Assembly: GCA_963728205.1 (NCBI GenBank)
Contig: CAVSIV010000001.1
Span: forward strand, 1,218,372-1,282,371
DNA length: 64,000 nt
Direction of reading: 5' to 3'
DNA from: an uncultured Chloroflexia bacterium
Lineage (GTDB): Bacteria; Chloroflexota; Dehalococcoidia; UBA2979
In this document: positions 1-10,655 of the stretch, in pieces
How the letters are laid out: every line of letters begins with the position of its first letter
Numbering within the stretch: the stretch's first letter is position 1
Position numbers and translations under genes: made by a program
The notes under the pieces: model-generated
The model's input: the letters and a program-made list of their open reading frames with translations, nothing else
What the model was told of the DNA's origin: nothing
Database searches by the model: none

Positions 1-142
1 GTCGTCGCCGACGGACCCGACCGCTGACGTCGTGCGATCCTCGCCCGCCTTCGCACCCCAGGTCGCCAAGATCACCGCGCCCGAGCCCTGGCTGACCGTC
101 GCCGACGTCGTCGCCGCGCTCCCGGGCGGGGTGCCGCGATGA
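1..142 (+). CDS. ECF-type ABC transporter ATP-binding protein, C-terminal fragment
   Basis: Reads VVADGP..ADVVRSSPAFAPQVAKITAPEPWLTVADVVAAL; its stop overlaps the next ATG (ATGA); lies directly before an ECF S-component gene. Confidence 0.6.
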   Translation, partial: SSPTDPTADVVRSSPAFAPQVAKITAPEPWLTVADVVAALPGGVPR

Positions 143-1041
143 CGACCGCCACGCGGCCCGTGGGACCGGCCGCCGACCCGCCGCGATCTGCTCCGACCCC
201 GGTCGGCGCTGGCGGTCGCGCTCGTCTCGGTCGCCGGCGTGGCCGCGTTCGGCTGGCCGCTGCTCGTCGCCACCCGGCTCGGCGCTGGCCCAGGGCGGCC
301 ACGGCTCCGCTGGTCTTCGCCTCTGCTCCCCCTTCTGCTCGCCATCGTCCTCGTCGAGGTCTCCGACGGCGGGCTCGACGTCAAGGCCGTCGCCCTGCTC
401 GGGGTGCTCTCGGCCGTCGGTGCCGCCCTGCGTCCGCTCGGGGCCGGCACCGCGGGCCTGGAGACCGTCTTCTTCCTCCTCGTCCTCGCCGGCCGGGTGT
501 TCGGCGCCGGCTTCGGGTTCGTCCTCGGGGCGACCACCCTGTTCGGCTCGGCCCTGCTCACCGGCGGCGTCGGGCCGTGGCTGCCCTACCAGATGCTCGG
601 GGCCGCCTGGGTCGGGCTGGGTGCGGGCCTGCTTCCGCGAGCCCGGGGCAGGCGGAGATCGCGCTGCTCGCGGGCTACGGGGTGGTCGCCGGGCTCGGCT
701 ACGGCGTCGCCCTCGACTTCGCCTTCTGGCCGTTCACGACGGGGGCGGGGACGCAGCTGTCCTTCGTGCCCGGAGGTCCGGCGGCGGCGAACCTGCACCG
801 GTTCGTCGTGTATGCCGCCAGCACCTCGCTCGGCTGGGACATCGGCCGGGCGGTCACGAACGCCGTTCTCATCGTCCTCACCGGCCGCGCCGTTCTCGGA
901 ACGCTGCGCCGTGCCGCCCGCCGGGCAGCCTTCGCCGGGACCGAGCAGTCGGACACGGGCCTGTGCCAAGATCAGCACCACGGCAGCCTGGCCCGGCCGG
1001 GGACCCGTCGGCGCCGAGCCGCGACACGGGAGCGAGCATGA
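139..1041 (+). CDS. ECF transporter S component (frameshifted)
   Basis: Hydrophobic DVKAVALLGVLSAVGAALRP...GGVGPWLPYQM continues in another frame as DFAFWPF...TSLGWDIGRAVTN. Confidence 0.75.
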   Translation: MTTATRPVGPAADPPRSAPTPVGAGGRARLGRRRGRVRLAAARRHPARRWPRAATAPLVFASAPPSARHRPRRGLRRRARRQGRRPARGALGRRCRPASARGRHRGPGDRLLPPRPRRPGVRRRLRVRPRGDHPVRLGPAHRRRRAVAALPDARGRLGRAGCGPASASPGQAEIALLAGYGVVAGLGYGVALDFAFWPFTTGAGTQLSFVPGGPAAANLHRFVVYAASTSLGWDIGRAVTNAVLIVLTGRAVLGTLRRAARRAAFAGTEQSDTGLCQDQHHGSLARPGTRRRRAATRERA

Positions 1042-1577
1042 GCACCACCGACCTGGACCGCCGCGAGGGGTGGCTGAGCCGCGAGGAGCTCGAGGCGGCC
1101 CGGGGGCAGCTGCCCATCCTCTATGTCGACGCCGTCCCCGTCCGCGTCGGCGCCGACGGAGCGATCACCGCCGTGGGGCTGCTGCTGCGGGTGACCGGCC
1201 ACGGGACGATCCACCGCGAGCTCGTCTCCGGCCGGGTCATGTACCACGAACGGGTCCGGGACGCCCTGCTGCGGCACCTCGAGAAGGACCTCGGCCCGGT
1301 CGCCCTCCCCCAGATCCCCCCGACGCCGCAGCCGTTCACCGTGGCCGAGTACTTCCCCACCCCGGGGATCACCCCGTTCCACGACCCGCGCCAGCATGCG
1401 GTGTCCCTCGCCTTCATCGTCCCGGTGGCCGGCGACTGTGCGCCCCAGCAGGACGCCCTTGAGTTCACCTGGTTCGCGCCGACCGACGCGCTGGACCCCG
1501 TGCTGCTCGCCGAGATGACCGGCGGCCACGGGGTACTGCTCCGCCAGGCCCTGGCCCACGCCGGCGTCGCCATCTAG
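1038..1577 (+). CDS. NUDIX-fold hydrolase (DUF4916-like)
   Basis: MSTTDLD..GWLS..LPILYVDAVPVRV..LVSGRVMYHERVRDALLRHLEKDLG..DPRQHAVSLAF. Confidence 0.75.
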   Translation: MSTTDLDRREGWLSREELEAARGQLPILYVDAVPVRVGADGAITAVGLLLRVTGHGTIHRELVSGRVMYHERVRDALLRHLEKDLGPVALPQIPPTPQPFTVAEYFPTPGITPFHDPRQHAVSLAFIVPVAGDCAPQQDALEFTWFAPTDALDPVLLAEMTGGHGVLLRQALAHAGVAI

Positions 1578-1602
1578 ACCAGCCCGAGGAAGGGGCACCA
1601 CG

Positions 1603-2502
1603 GTGGCCACACCCGAGGACCTCGCCGTCCCCGTCGTCGGAGGGACCCTGGCGGTCTGCCGATGGCCCGGCTCGCCCGACGCCCCCACCGTCCTTGCCGC
1701 GCACGGCATCACCGCCAACGGGATGTCCTTCGCCAAGGTCGCCGAGGCGCTCGATGGGCGGGTCACCCTCCTCGCCCCCGACCTGCGCGGCCGGGCCAGG
1801 AGCGCGGGGCTGCCCGGGCCCTACGGTCTCGCCGCCCATGCCGACGACCTCGTCGCCGTTCTCGACCACCTCGGCCTCGACCGAGCCGTCGTTGCCGGGC
1901 ACTCGATGGGCGGGTTCGTCGCGGCGGTCGCCGCCGTCCGGCACCCTGAGCGAGTCGCCGGGGTGCTGCTCATCGACGGCGGCGTGGCTCTGCGGGTGCC
2001 CGAAGGGGCCGACATCGACGCGATCCTTGAGGCCGTCATCGGCCCCGCGATGACGAGGTTGTCGATGACCTTCGAGAGCAGACAGGCCTACCTCGGGTTC
2101 TTCCGGGGACATCCCGCGCTCGCCGAGCACTGGTCGTCCGCCGTGGAGGACTACGTCCTGCGGGACGTCACCGGCGAACCCCCGGCGCTGCGGTCCTCGT
2201 GCGCGATCGACGCCATCCGCCGGGACGCTACGGACACCCTTCTCGACGAGGACACGGTGACCGCGGTGCACCGGATGTCCTGTCCGGCGACCCTCGTCTG
2301 GGCCGGCCACGGCCTCCTCAACGAGCCGCAGGGCCTCTACGACGACGCCCTGCTCGATGGGGTCGGGCTGGACCGGCAGCGCGTCACCGTCGACTCACTC
2401 CCCGACCTCAACCACTACACGATCGTCCTCGCCGACGAGGGCGCCTCGGCGATCGCGCGCCACATCGAGCGGCTCGTCGACCCCACCCTCATCCGCGGCT
2501 GA
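1603..2502 (+). CDS. Alpha/beta fold hydrolase
   Basis: HGIT, DLRGRA, GHSMGG nucleophile elbow, NHYTI catalytic His. Confidence 0.9.
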   Translation: MATPEDLAVPVVGGTLAVCRWPGSPDAPTVLAAHGITANGMSFAKVAEALDGRVTLLAPDLRGRARSAGLPGPYGLAAHADDLVAVLDHLGLDRAVVAGHSMGGFVAAVAAVRHPERVAGVLLIDGGVALRVPEGADIDAILEAVIGPAMTRLSMTFESRQAYLGFFRGHPALAEHWSSAVEDYVLRDVTGEPPALRSSCAIDAIRRDATDTLLDEDTVTAVHRMSCPATLVWAGHGLLNEPQGLYDDALLDGVGLDRQRVTVDSLPDLNHYTIVLADEGASAIARHIERLVDPTLIRG

Positions 2503-2524
2503 CCGCTGGGCGCGTTGCGAGAGC

Positions 2525-3278
2525 TCAGCCGGTGAACTCGTCCCGGGTGCGCGGGCGGTCGTGGTCCTCGCGCGCCCGCGCCTCCTCCGGCGTCGGCGCG
2601 GTGCCGCCCAGCCGGGCCGGGAGGAACCCGAGGTCCTCCCCGGCCAGCGGCGGGTAGGCCGCCTGCTGGGCGTGGAGCTGGTCGACCATCCGCTGCCGGA
2701 GCACTTCGGTGACCTCGTCGAGGTCGTCCCCCCGCTGCGATCTCGATCGGGGACCCGACGGTGATGTGGATGGGGATGCGGATGCGGCCCAGCTGCTTGG
2801 GGTGGTCCTTCGTCCACACCCGCTGCGACCCCCAGATCGTCGTCGGCAGGATGGGCACGGACGCGAGCTTGGCCATCCGGACCGTTCCGGACTTGAACTC
2901 CTTGAGCTCGAAGGACCGCGAGATCGTCGCCTCGGGGAACACCCCGACGATCTCGCCCGCCCGCAGCGCGTCGACGGCCGCCCGGAACGACGCGGCCCCG
3001 GCTTGCCGGTCGACCGGGATGTGCTTCATCCCGCGCATGAGCGGACCGGCATACCGGTGGCCGAAGATGCTCTCCTTGGCCATGAACCGCACGTACCGGC
3101 GCGAGCGACGAGCCACGAGGCCGGCGTAGGTGAAGTCCATGTACCCCGTGTGGTTGATGGCCATGACGGCGCCACCGGTCCGGGGGACGTTCTCCTCGCC
3201 GAGCATGGTGAACTGCAGCCCCTCGGCGAAGAAGAGCATCCTGGCGACCCCGATGACCGGTCGGTAGACGGGCTCCAT
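2525..3278 (-). CDS. Lysophospholipid/1-acyl-glycerol-3-phosphate acyltransferase (frameshift near 2735)
   Basis: NHTGYMD (HxxxxD), FMAKES and VFPEATIS acyltransferase motifs. Confidence 0.85.
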
Positions 3279-3280
3279 GG

Positions 3281-3311
3281 AGCCAAACCCTACGCTGCCC
3301 GTAGGTTGGCT
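3281..3311. promoter_or_regulatory. Imperfect inverted repeat in the divergent acyltransferase/valS intergenic region
   Basis: agccaaaccctacg-ctgcc-cgtaggttggct; the arms pair apart from two extra homopolymer bases. Confidence 0.45.
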
Positions 3312-3376
3312 TGACGAGCGCCCCCGGGGTGAAACCGATGCTCGGTCGTCCCCGCAGATCTGCGAGGATTCTCCGC

Positions 3377-6016
3377 ATGACCGAACACCTCGCTCCATCC
3401 CGCGCTGCCTCCATCCCGGACCGGCCGTCCCTCGACGGCCTGGAGGAGAAGTGGGGCGCGGTATGGAGCGAGCAGGCGACCTACGCCTTCGACCGCGACG
3501 CGGCCCTGGCCGGCCCGCGGGAGGCCGTGTTCTCGATCGACACCCCGCCGCCGACGGCCAGCGGGTCGCTCCACATGGGGCACGTCTTCTCCTACACGCA
3601 CACGGACTGCATGGCCCGGTACAAGCGGATGGCGGGGTTCAACGTCTTCTACCCCATCGGCTGGGACGACAACGGCCTGCCCACCGAGAAGCGGGTCCAG
3701 AACTTCTACGGAGTCCGCGGCGACGCGACGCTGCACTACGACCCTGCGTTCGTGCCGCCGCACCAGGGCGACGCGACGAGCCTCAAGGCCGCCGACCAGC
3801 TGCCGATCAGCCGCCAGAACTTCATCGAGCTGTGCGACGAGCTCACCGTCAAGGACGAGGAGGCCTTCGAGTCCCTCTTCCGGCGGATGGGCTTCAGCCT
3901 GGACTGGTCGATCTCGTACCGGACGATCGACGACCACTCCCGGGCCACCTCGCAGCAGGCGTTCCTGCGCAACCTCGCCCGCGGCGAGGCGTACCAGGCC
4001 GAGGCTCCGGGACTGTGGGACGTGACTTTCCAGACCGCCGTGGCCCAGGCCGAGCTCGAGGCCCGCGACTACCCCGGCCACTACCACCGGGTCGCCTTCC
4101 ACGGTGCCGACGGCAGCCGGTCCACATCGAGACGACCCGCCCCGAGCTCATCCCGAGCTGCGTGGCCCTCATCGCCCACCCGGACGACGAGCGCTACCAG
4201 CCGCTCTTCGGGACGACGGTGTCGACGCCGCTGTTCGGCGTCGAGGTGCCCGTCGTCGCCCACCCGGCGGCCGAGATGGACAAGGGCGCGGGCATCGCCA
4301 TGTGCTGCACCTTCGGGGACCTCACCGACGTCCTGTGGTGGCGCGAGCTGCAGCTGCCCGACCCGGTCGGTCATCACCCGCGCCGGACGCCTGCAGCAGG
4401 AGGTGCCGGGTGGCTGGCCGGACGGCCGGCGAGGGCCTGTATGCCGCGGAGCTGGCCGGGAAGACCCCGTTCACGCGCCCGCGAGGCGGTCGTCGCGGCC
4501 CTGCGCGAGAGCGGCGACCTCGACGGCGAGCCGACGCCGACCCAGCGCAAGGCGAACTTCTACGAGCGGGGCGAGCAAGCCCCTCGAGATCGTCACCTCG
4601 CGGCAGTGGTACATCCGCAACGGCGGGCGCGAGGTCGACCTCAACGCCACGCTCGTCGGCCGGGGCGAGGAGATCGACTTCCACCCACCGTTCATGCGGT
4701 CCCGCTACGCCAACTGGGTCGCGCGGCCTCAACGGTGACTGGCTCGTCTCGCGGCAGCGCTTCTTCGGGGTCGCGATCCCCGTGTGGTACCCGCTCGACG
4801 CCGACGGTGAGCCGGACTACGACCACCCGATCGTCCCCGCCGAGTCGGACCTCCCCGTCGACCCCGTCGCCGAGGCGCCGCACGGCTACGACGAGTCCCA
4901 GCGCGGCGCCCCGGCGGCTTCATCGGCGACCCTGACGTCCTCGACACGTGGGCGACGTCGTCGCTCAGCCCGCAGATCGCCTCCGGCTGGCGCTCGGGGG
5001 CCGACGCCCAGCCCGACCCGGTCTTCGCCAAGGTCTTCCCGATGGACATGCGCCCGCAGGCGCACGACATCATCCGGACCTGGCTCTTCGCGACGGTGGT
5101 GCGCGCCTTCTTGGAGCACGGCGCCGCACCGTGGACGAACGCGGCGATCAGCGGCTGGATCCTCGACCCCGACCGCAAGAAGATGAGCAAGTCCAAGGGC
5201 AACGTCGTCACCCCCGAGGACGTCGTCAAGGAGCACAGCGCCGACGCGGTGCGCTACTGGGCGGCGAGCGGTCGGCTGGGGACGGACGCGGCATACGACA
5301 TCGGGCAGATGAAGGTGGGCCGGCGGCTGGCCATCAAGATCCTCAACGCGAGCAAGTTCGCCCTGTCCTTCGGTGCGGTCGACGGCGACCTCGCCGCAGC
5401 GGTGACCGAACCGCTCGACAGGTCGCTGCTCGCCGGGCTCGCCGACGTCGTCGACCAGGCGACCGAGGGGTTCGAGGCGTGGGACTACACCCGCAGCCTC
5501 GAGGTGACCGAGACCTACTTCTGGACGTTCTGCGACGACTACCTCGAGCTCGTCAAGGACCGGGCCTATGGCGCCCGCGGCGAGGCCGAGGCTGCCAGCG
5601 CCCGGGCCACCCTGCGCATCGCCCTCGGCGTCCTGCTGCGCCTCCTGGCACCGTTCCTCCCCTACGTCACCGAGGAGGTCTGGTCGTGGTGGCACGACGG
5701 CTCGGTCCACCGGACGACATGGCCGACCCGCACCGAGCTCGACGCCGGCCGCGACGGCGACCCGGAGCTGCTCGTCGCGGTCGGTGAGGCCCTGGCGTCG
5801 ATCCGCAAGGCGAAGTCCGAGGCCAAGCTCGGGATGCGCGCCGAGGTGGCCCGGATCACCGTCATGGGTCCGATGCGAGCGCTCGACGATGTCCGCGCCG
5901 CCGAGGCCGACCTGCGGGCCGCGGGCCGGATCATCGGCCCGGTGACGTACACCGAGGCCGACGCCATCGGCTCGGATGACGTCGAGCTCATCCCGGTCGC
6001 CAAGCCGAGCGCCTGA
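3377..6016 (+). CDS. valS: Valine--tRNA ligase (several apparent frameshifts between 4100 and 4950)
   Basis: [55 protein letters not shown]. Confidence 0.95.
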
Positions 6017-6072
6017 CGGACCGCCGGGTCCGATGGTGACCTGACACTCGATGCCAGGGGCCGGCCGGCCGA

Positions 6073-6774
6073 CTAGGTCGGTGCGGACGCGCGGGAGGGG
6101 CGGGCGATGACCCGTGCCCACGCCGACAGGGCCCCGTGTCGGACCGGCTCGAGGCCGACGGGCTGGACGATCAACCAGGGCGCGTCCCAACCGCCGAGGT
6201 GCAGTCGGCGCTCGACGAGGGCGTTCCGGCGCAGGTGCGTGACAACGCCGTCGGCAGGGTCGTAGACGCAGAGTGTGCGCTCCCCCTCACCCGGCAGCAC
6301 GAGCGTGACATGGCGCGGGAGGCGGGAGTCGCCGACGTAGAGCAGCGCCGGGCTGCCCTCCGCGACGACGAGGCTGAGCCGATCGTAGGCAGCGCCCAGG
6401 GCTTCGACGTCACCGGGCCGGGCCACGGCGATCTCGTAGCGGGTGCCGCCTCTGGACGCTCCTCGCTCGAGCTCGCGCTTGGCACCCCACGGCGCGGTGC
6501 CGAGCCGCCGTGGCCACGGGAGGTTGAGGTGGCCACCCGATGTCAGGACACCGTTGGTGCGGCGCAGCACGAGATGCTCGTATGCGGCGAACCGCTCCTC
6601 CGCGGTCGACGCGGTCGGGGCCCCCGGAGGGTGCGGGCGTCCGGTCACCATCCACGACGCGAAGACCGGGTCGGCAGTCATCCGGGCCACGGTGAGGCAG
6701 GCGGCACCGCAGCTGGTCGGGGTGCGCTGGATCGGGCCCGTGTCACCGACCCGGAGCCGGTAGGGGGTCAGCAC
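6073..6774 (-). CDS. Hypothetical protein with papain/C39-like catalytic pattern
   Basis: QRTPTSCGAACL...PRHVTLV...CVYDP gives Q/C...H...D spacing. Confidence 0.55.
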   Translation of the reverse strand: MLTPYRLRVGDTGPIQRTPTSCGAACLTVARMTADPVFASWMVTGRPHPPGAPTASTAEERFAAYEHLVLRRTNGVLTSGGHLNLPWPRRLGTAPWGAKRELERGASRGGTRYEIAVARPGDVEALGAAYDRLSLVVAEGSPALLYVGDSRLPRHVTLVLPGEGERTLCVYDPADGVVTHLRRNALVERRLHLGGWDAPWLIVQPVGLEPVRHGALSAWARVIARPSRASAPT

Positions 6775-6857
6775 CGTCTCATCGTGTCACGCGCTGGACC
6801 CCGGACCGCAGGCATCCTCGCCACCGATGACCATCGCATCGGAACCGAGCCCCAGCG

Positions 6858-8138
6858 CTATGCGGAGCGCTTGCGGGCGGAGCGCTTGCGGCCCTCGTCG
6901 TCGCGTCGCACGATCGTCGGCAGGACGTTCTTGAGGACGACGTCCTCGGTGATGACGACCTTGGTGATCTCGTCGTCGCTGGGGACGTCGAACATGACCG
7001 GGAGGAGCACCTCCTCCATGATCGCCCGCAACCCGCGGGCTCCGGTGCCACGCGCCATCGCCTGCTCGGCGACGGCGACGATGGCCTCCCGATCGAACTC
7101 GAGCTCGACGCCGTCGATGGCGAACATCTTCTGGTACTGCTTGACCAGGGCGTTGCGCGGCTCGGTGAGGATCGTCACGAGGGCGTCGGTGTCGAGGGGG
7201 CTGACCGTCGTGATGACCGGAAGCCGTCCGATGAACTCGGGGATGAGCCCGAACTTCATCAGGTCCTCGGGCATGGCGTCGTGGATCGACTCGGCCAGGT
7301 CCTTGGGCGTGTGCAGCTCGGAACCGAAGCCGAGGCCCTTCTTGCCGTTGCGGGACTCGACGAGCTTCTCGAGTCCGGCGAACGCACCGCCGACGATGAA
7401 CAGGACGTTCGTCGTGTCGATCTGGATGAACTCCTGGTGGGGGTGCTTGCGGCCGCCCTGTGGAGGGACCGAGGCCGTCGTCCCCTCGAGGATCTTCAGC
7501 AGGGCCTGCTGGACACCCTCGCCGGAGACGTCACGGGTGATCGAGGGGTTCTCCGACTTCCGGGCGATCTTGTCGACCTCGTCGATGTAGATGATCCCGG
7601 TCTCGGCCTTCTTGACGTCGTAGTCGGCGGCCTGGATGAGCTTGAGGAGGATGTTCTCGACGTCCTCACCGACATAGCCGGCCTCGGTCAGCGCCGTCGC
7701 GTCGGCGATGGCGAAGGGGACGTTGAGCATCTTGGCCAGCGTCTGCGCGAGATAGGTCTTGCCACAGCCGGTCGGGCCGATGAGCAGGATGTTCGACTTG
7801 GCGATCTCGACGTGGTCGGGGTCCTTCTTCGCGCCGCCCTCCCCGGCCTGGATCCGCTTGTAGTGGTTGTAGACGGCGACCGACAACGCCTTCTTTGCGA
7901 CGTCCTGACCGATGACGTACTGCTCGAGGAAGTCGAAGATCTCACGGGGCTTGGGCAGCTCGTCGAGACCCAGCTCACCGGACTCGGACAGCTCCTCCTC
8001 GATGATCTCGTTGCACAGGTCGATGCACTCGTCGCAGATGTAGACCCCGGGCCCGGCGATGAGCTTCTTGACCTGCTTCTGGGACTTGCCGCAGAACGAG
8101 CACTTGAGCAGGTCGCTGCTCTCACCCATGCGTGCCAC
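6858..8138 (-). CDS. clpX: ATP-dependent Clp protease ATP-binding subunit ClpX
   Basis: [26 protein letters not shown] zinc finger, [32 protein letters not shown] loop. Confidence 0.98.
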   Translation of the reverse strand: MARMGESSDLLKCSFCGKSQKQVKKLIAGPGVYICDECIDLCNEIIEEELSESGELGLDELPKPREIFDFLEQYVIGQDVAKKALSVAVYNHYKRIQAGEGGAKKDPDHVEIAKSNILLIGPTGCGKTYLAQTLAKMLNVPFAIADATALTEAGYVGEDVENILLKLIQAADYDVKKAETGIIYIDEVDKIARKSENPSITRDVSGEGVQQALLKILEGTTASVPPQGGRKHPHQEFIQIDTTNVLFIVGGAFAGLEKLVESRNGKKGLGFGSELHTPKDLAESIHDAMPEDLMKFGLIPEFIGRLPVITTVSPLDTDALVTILTEPRNALVKQYQKMFAIDGVELEFDREAIVAVAEQAMARGTGARGLRAIMEEVLLPVMFDVPSDDEITKVVITEDVVLKNVLPTIVRRDDEGRKRSARKRSA

Positions 8139-8242
8139 GTGCCCGTCCTTCCATCGGTCGAGAGGGGACAACGACCCCGACGGTACCCGGCGCAGGTGGG
8201 TACCGTTGCCATTGAACGCCTCGGGTCACGGGCGAGTCGCGC

Positions 8243-8261
8243 TTGTCCGCTGAGAGCGCAA
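8243..8261 (-). promoter_or_regulatory. Putative ClgR-binding site upstream of clpX
   Basis: GTCCGC-TGAGA-GCG resembles the ClgR motif GTTCGC-N5-GCG. Confidence 0.45.
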
Positions 8262-8429
8262 TGGGCCGATCCCCCCTGATCGGCGGCCGACCTCGGAGCA
8301 GGGCCGGACGACCCGTGTGGCAGCCATCGGCTCCTCAGGGCACGCGCTAGGATTCGCCCTGCCACGGCATAGGAAGTCGACCCCTTCGGAGAGCCGTGAA
8401 AGGCTCTGTCGAACCCGGAGGTCAGCCAG

Positions 8430-9569
8430 GTGTGCCGCGACGCCGAATCCCAGGGGGAGCCCGCGAGACCGTGGACGGTCTCCATCGTCTCGGGAAGCTT
8501 CGGTGCCGGCCATGACGCCGCCGCCCGGGAGATTCGCGCCTGTCTGGCCGAGCACGGCATCCGGGCGGACATCCATGACATCGTCGACCTCCTTCCGCCA
8601 GGGCTGGGCCGGGCCCTCAAGGCCGTCTACCTCCGGCAGCTGCGATCCGTCCCGGCCTCGTGGGGATGGCTGCTCCGCCGACTGGACGGGACCGGTGAGG
8701 GCGGACCCTCCCGCCTGACCCGGCTCATCGCGACCGTGACCGCAGCGGCGAGCCGCCGCATCATCGACGACGTGGCGCGGGGCGCGGACGCCATCGTCTC
8801 GACCCACCCCCTGGCCAGCCAGTCCCTCGGGCAGCTGCGGCTCCGCGGCCTGGTGACCCAACCCGTCTTCACCTACCTCACCGACCTGTCGGTGCACCGG
8901 CTCTGGGTCCACAACGGCGTGAGCGCCCATCTGGCCCTGCATGACGTGGCGGCGGTGGACGCGAGGGACCACGGGGCCCGGATCGTCCACGTCGTGCGCC
9001 CCGCCGTGGCCAGGAGCCTGCGGGAGGTCGCCCCGATCCATGCCGGGCGGGCCATGCTGCGCGTGCGGTTCGGCCTTCCCGCGACGGGCCGCCTCTGCCT
9101 CATCACCGGCGGGTCGGAGGGGGTGGGCGAGCTGGCCGAGACGGCGGCCGACGTCGCCGCGTGCTCCGACCTGCACCCGGTCGTCCTGTGCGGCCACAAC
9201 GACCATCTGCGCCGACGCCTCGAGCACCGCGCCGACGTGACGGCGTTGGGATGGGTCTGCGACATGCCCTCCCTCTTCGCCGCGGTCGACGTCGTCGTCC
9301 AGAACGCCGGTGGGAGCACGTCGCTCGAGGCACTCGCGGCAGGGCTGCCCGTTGTCAGCTACCGGTGCATCCCCGGGCACGGCGAGACGAATGCCGCCGC
9401 TCTCGACCGAGCCGGACTGGCGCCCTGGGTGCGCCGACCGGCCGACCTCTGCGAGGCGCTCCGGACGGTCACCGACGGGCAGACCCCGACGATGCAGGAC
9501 GCGACGCGCCTGCTCCGCGCCTCCAGATGCGTCGGTGCCACGGTCAGCGCCCTGGTGGAGGCCGGGTGA
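8430..9569 (+). CDS. MGDG-synthase/UgtP-like glycosyltransferase
   Basis: SGSFGAGHDAAA, VSTHPLA, YLTDLSVHRLW, GGSEGVG, VLCGHN, NAGGSTSLEA, IPGHGETNA. Confidence 0.88.
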   Translation: MCRDAESQGEPARPWTVSIVSGSFGAGHDAAAREIRACLAEHGIRADIHDIVDLLPPGLGRALKAVYLRQLRSVPASWGWLLRRLDGTGEGGPSRLTRLIATVTAAASRRIIDDVARGADAIVSTHPLASQSLGQLRLRGLVTQPVFTYLTDLSVHRLWVHNGVSAHLALHDVAAVDARDHGARIVHVVRPAVARSLREVAPIHAGRAMLRVRFGLPATGRLCLITGGSEGVGELAETAADVAACSDLHPVVLCGHNDHLRRRLEHRADVTALGWVCDMPSLFAAVDVVVQNAGGSTSLEALAAGLPVVSYRCIPGHGETNAAALDRAGLAPWVRRPADLCEALRTVTDGQTPTMQDATRLLRASRCVGATVSALVEAG

Positions 9570-10312
9570 GCCGGATGCACCGGGGGCCGGTCACACGGCG
9601 GGCAGGTCGGGCGGCGGCCGGGACGGCGGCCGGCCTCGTGGCGGTCCACCTCGGACCGGCCCTGACCTCGCTCGCCCCGCGTCGCCGAGCGGCATTCCTT
9701 CCGTCCCTCTGTGGCCTGAGCCGGACCGGACACCTGGCCCTCACCTTCGACGACGGGCCCGACCCCCGCGGAACTCCGGCGATCCTCGATGCGCTCGACG
9801 TGCATAGCGTCTCGGCGACCTTCTTCGTCCTCGGCGCGTTCGTCGCTCACCATCGGGACATCGTGGCCGAGACGGCCCGGCGGGGGCACGAGGTCGCCGT
9901 CCACGGATGGGACCACGGCAGCACGGTCGGCAAGGCACCGCGCGTCCTCCGGGACGAGCTGGTCCGGACCGCGCAGGTCGTGGCCGAGGTGACCGGCCAG
10001 GCACCGCGGTGGTACCGGCCGCCGTACGGGGTCGAGACCGCATCCTCGCGTCGGGCGGCCCACGCGGCCGGGTTACGGACCGTGCTGTGGACGACGTGGG
10101 GTGTCGACTGGTCACGCCGGGCGACACCGGCCTCGGTCGTTGCGCGGATCCGCCGCGATGCCCACCCCGGCGGGACGGTCCTCCTCCACGACAGCGACCG
10201 CACCTCGGCACCGGGGTCGTGGCGGGTCACCCGGGCGGCGACCGTGGAGCTGCTCGACGGGTGGTCACGGGACGGCATACCCGTCGGCCCGCTCCGCGAC
10301 CACGGCCTCTGA
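9566..10312 (+). CDS. Polysaccharide deacetylase (NodB/CE4)
   Basis: LTFDDGP, ATFFVLG, HEVAVHGWDH, YRPPYG, VLLHD; overlaps the glycosyltransferase stop (alternative ATG at 9575). Confidence 0.9.
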   Translation: MSRMHRGPVTRRAGRAAAGTAAGLVAVHLGPALTSLAPRRRAAFLPSLCGLSRTGHLALTFDDGPDPRGTPAILDALDVHSVSATFFVLGAFVAHHRDIVAETARRGHEVAVHGWDHGSTVGKAPRVLRDELVRTAQVVAEVTGQAPRWYRPPYGVETASSRRAAHAAGLRTVLWTTWGVDWSRRATPASVVARIRRDAHPGGTVLLHDSDRTSAPGSWRVTRAATVELLDGWSRDGIPVGPLRDHGL

Positions 10313-10331
10313 CGAGGCCGACGCCCGCGGC

Positions 10332-10655
10332 TCAGCCGGCGAAGTGGGCCGAGTGCGAGTCGACGACCTCGACGGTGTAGCCGTCGGACATCGCCTCGAT
10401 GAGCACCGCCGCGTGCTGCGCCGACAGCGCCTCGGACAGGCGGACCCCCAGTCGACCGTCCGGCGCCGCGACGAAGCGCAGCCCGTCCGGCGGCAGGTCG
10501 ATCCCGGCGAACGAGGCGATGCTCCGGGCCCGGTCGCGCAGGTGGGCGACGACCACGCCGGAACACATCCCGTCCTCGGGCAGGCCGAGCGCGTCCCCGA
10601 GGTTGGTCGCCGCGGCGAAGACGTCGCTCGACGCGAACCGGTCCACCGGGCTCAC
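10332..10655 (-). CDS. Hypothetical protein (107 aa), translationally coupled to clpP2
   Basis: GTG overlaps the clpP2 TGA (GTGA) after GAGGAG; protein-like composition VSPVDRFASSDVFAAATNLGDALG... Confidence 0.6.
   Translation of the reverse strand: MSPVDRFASSDVFAAATNLGDALGLPEDGMCSGVVVAHLRDRARSIASFAGIDLPPDGLRFVAAPDGRLGVRLSEALSAQHAAVLIEAMSDGYTVEVVDSHSAHFAG

Noticed and set aside
3279-3376. T-box riboswitch upstream of valS
   Set aside because: Under 100 bp is shared with a divergent promoter, and no T-box consensus is visible.
4100-4950. Programmed frameshifting in valS
   Set aside because: There are several shifts with no slippery sites, and the same pattern occurs in unrelated genes.
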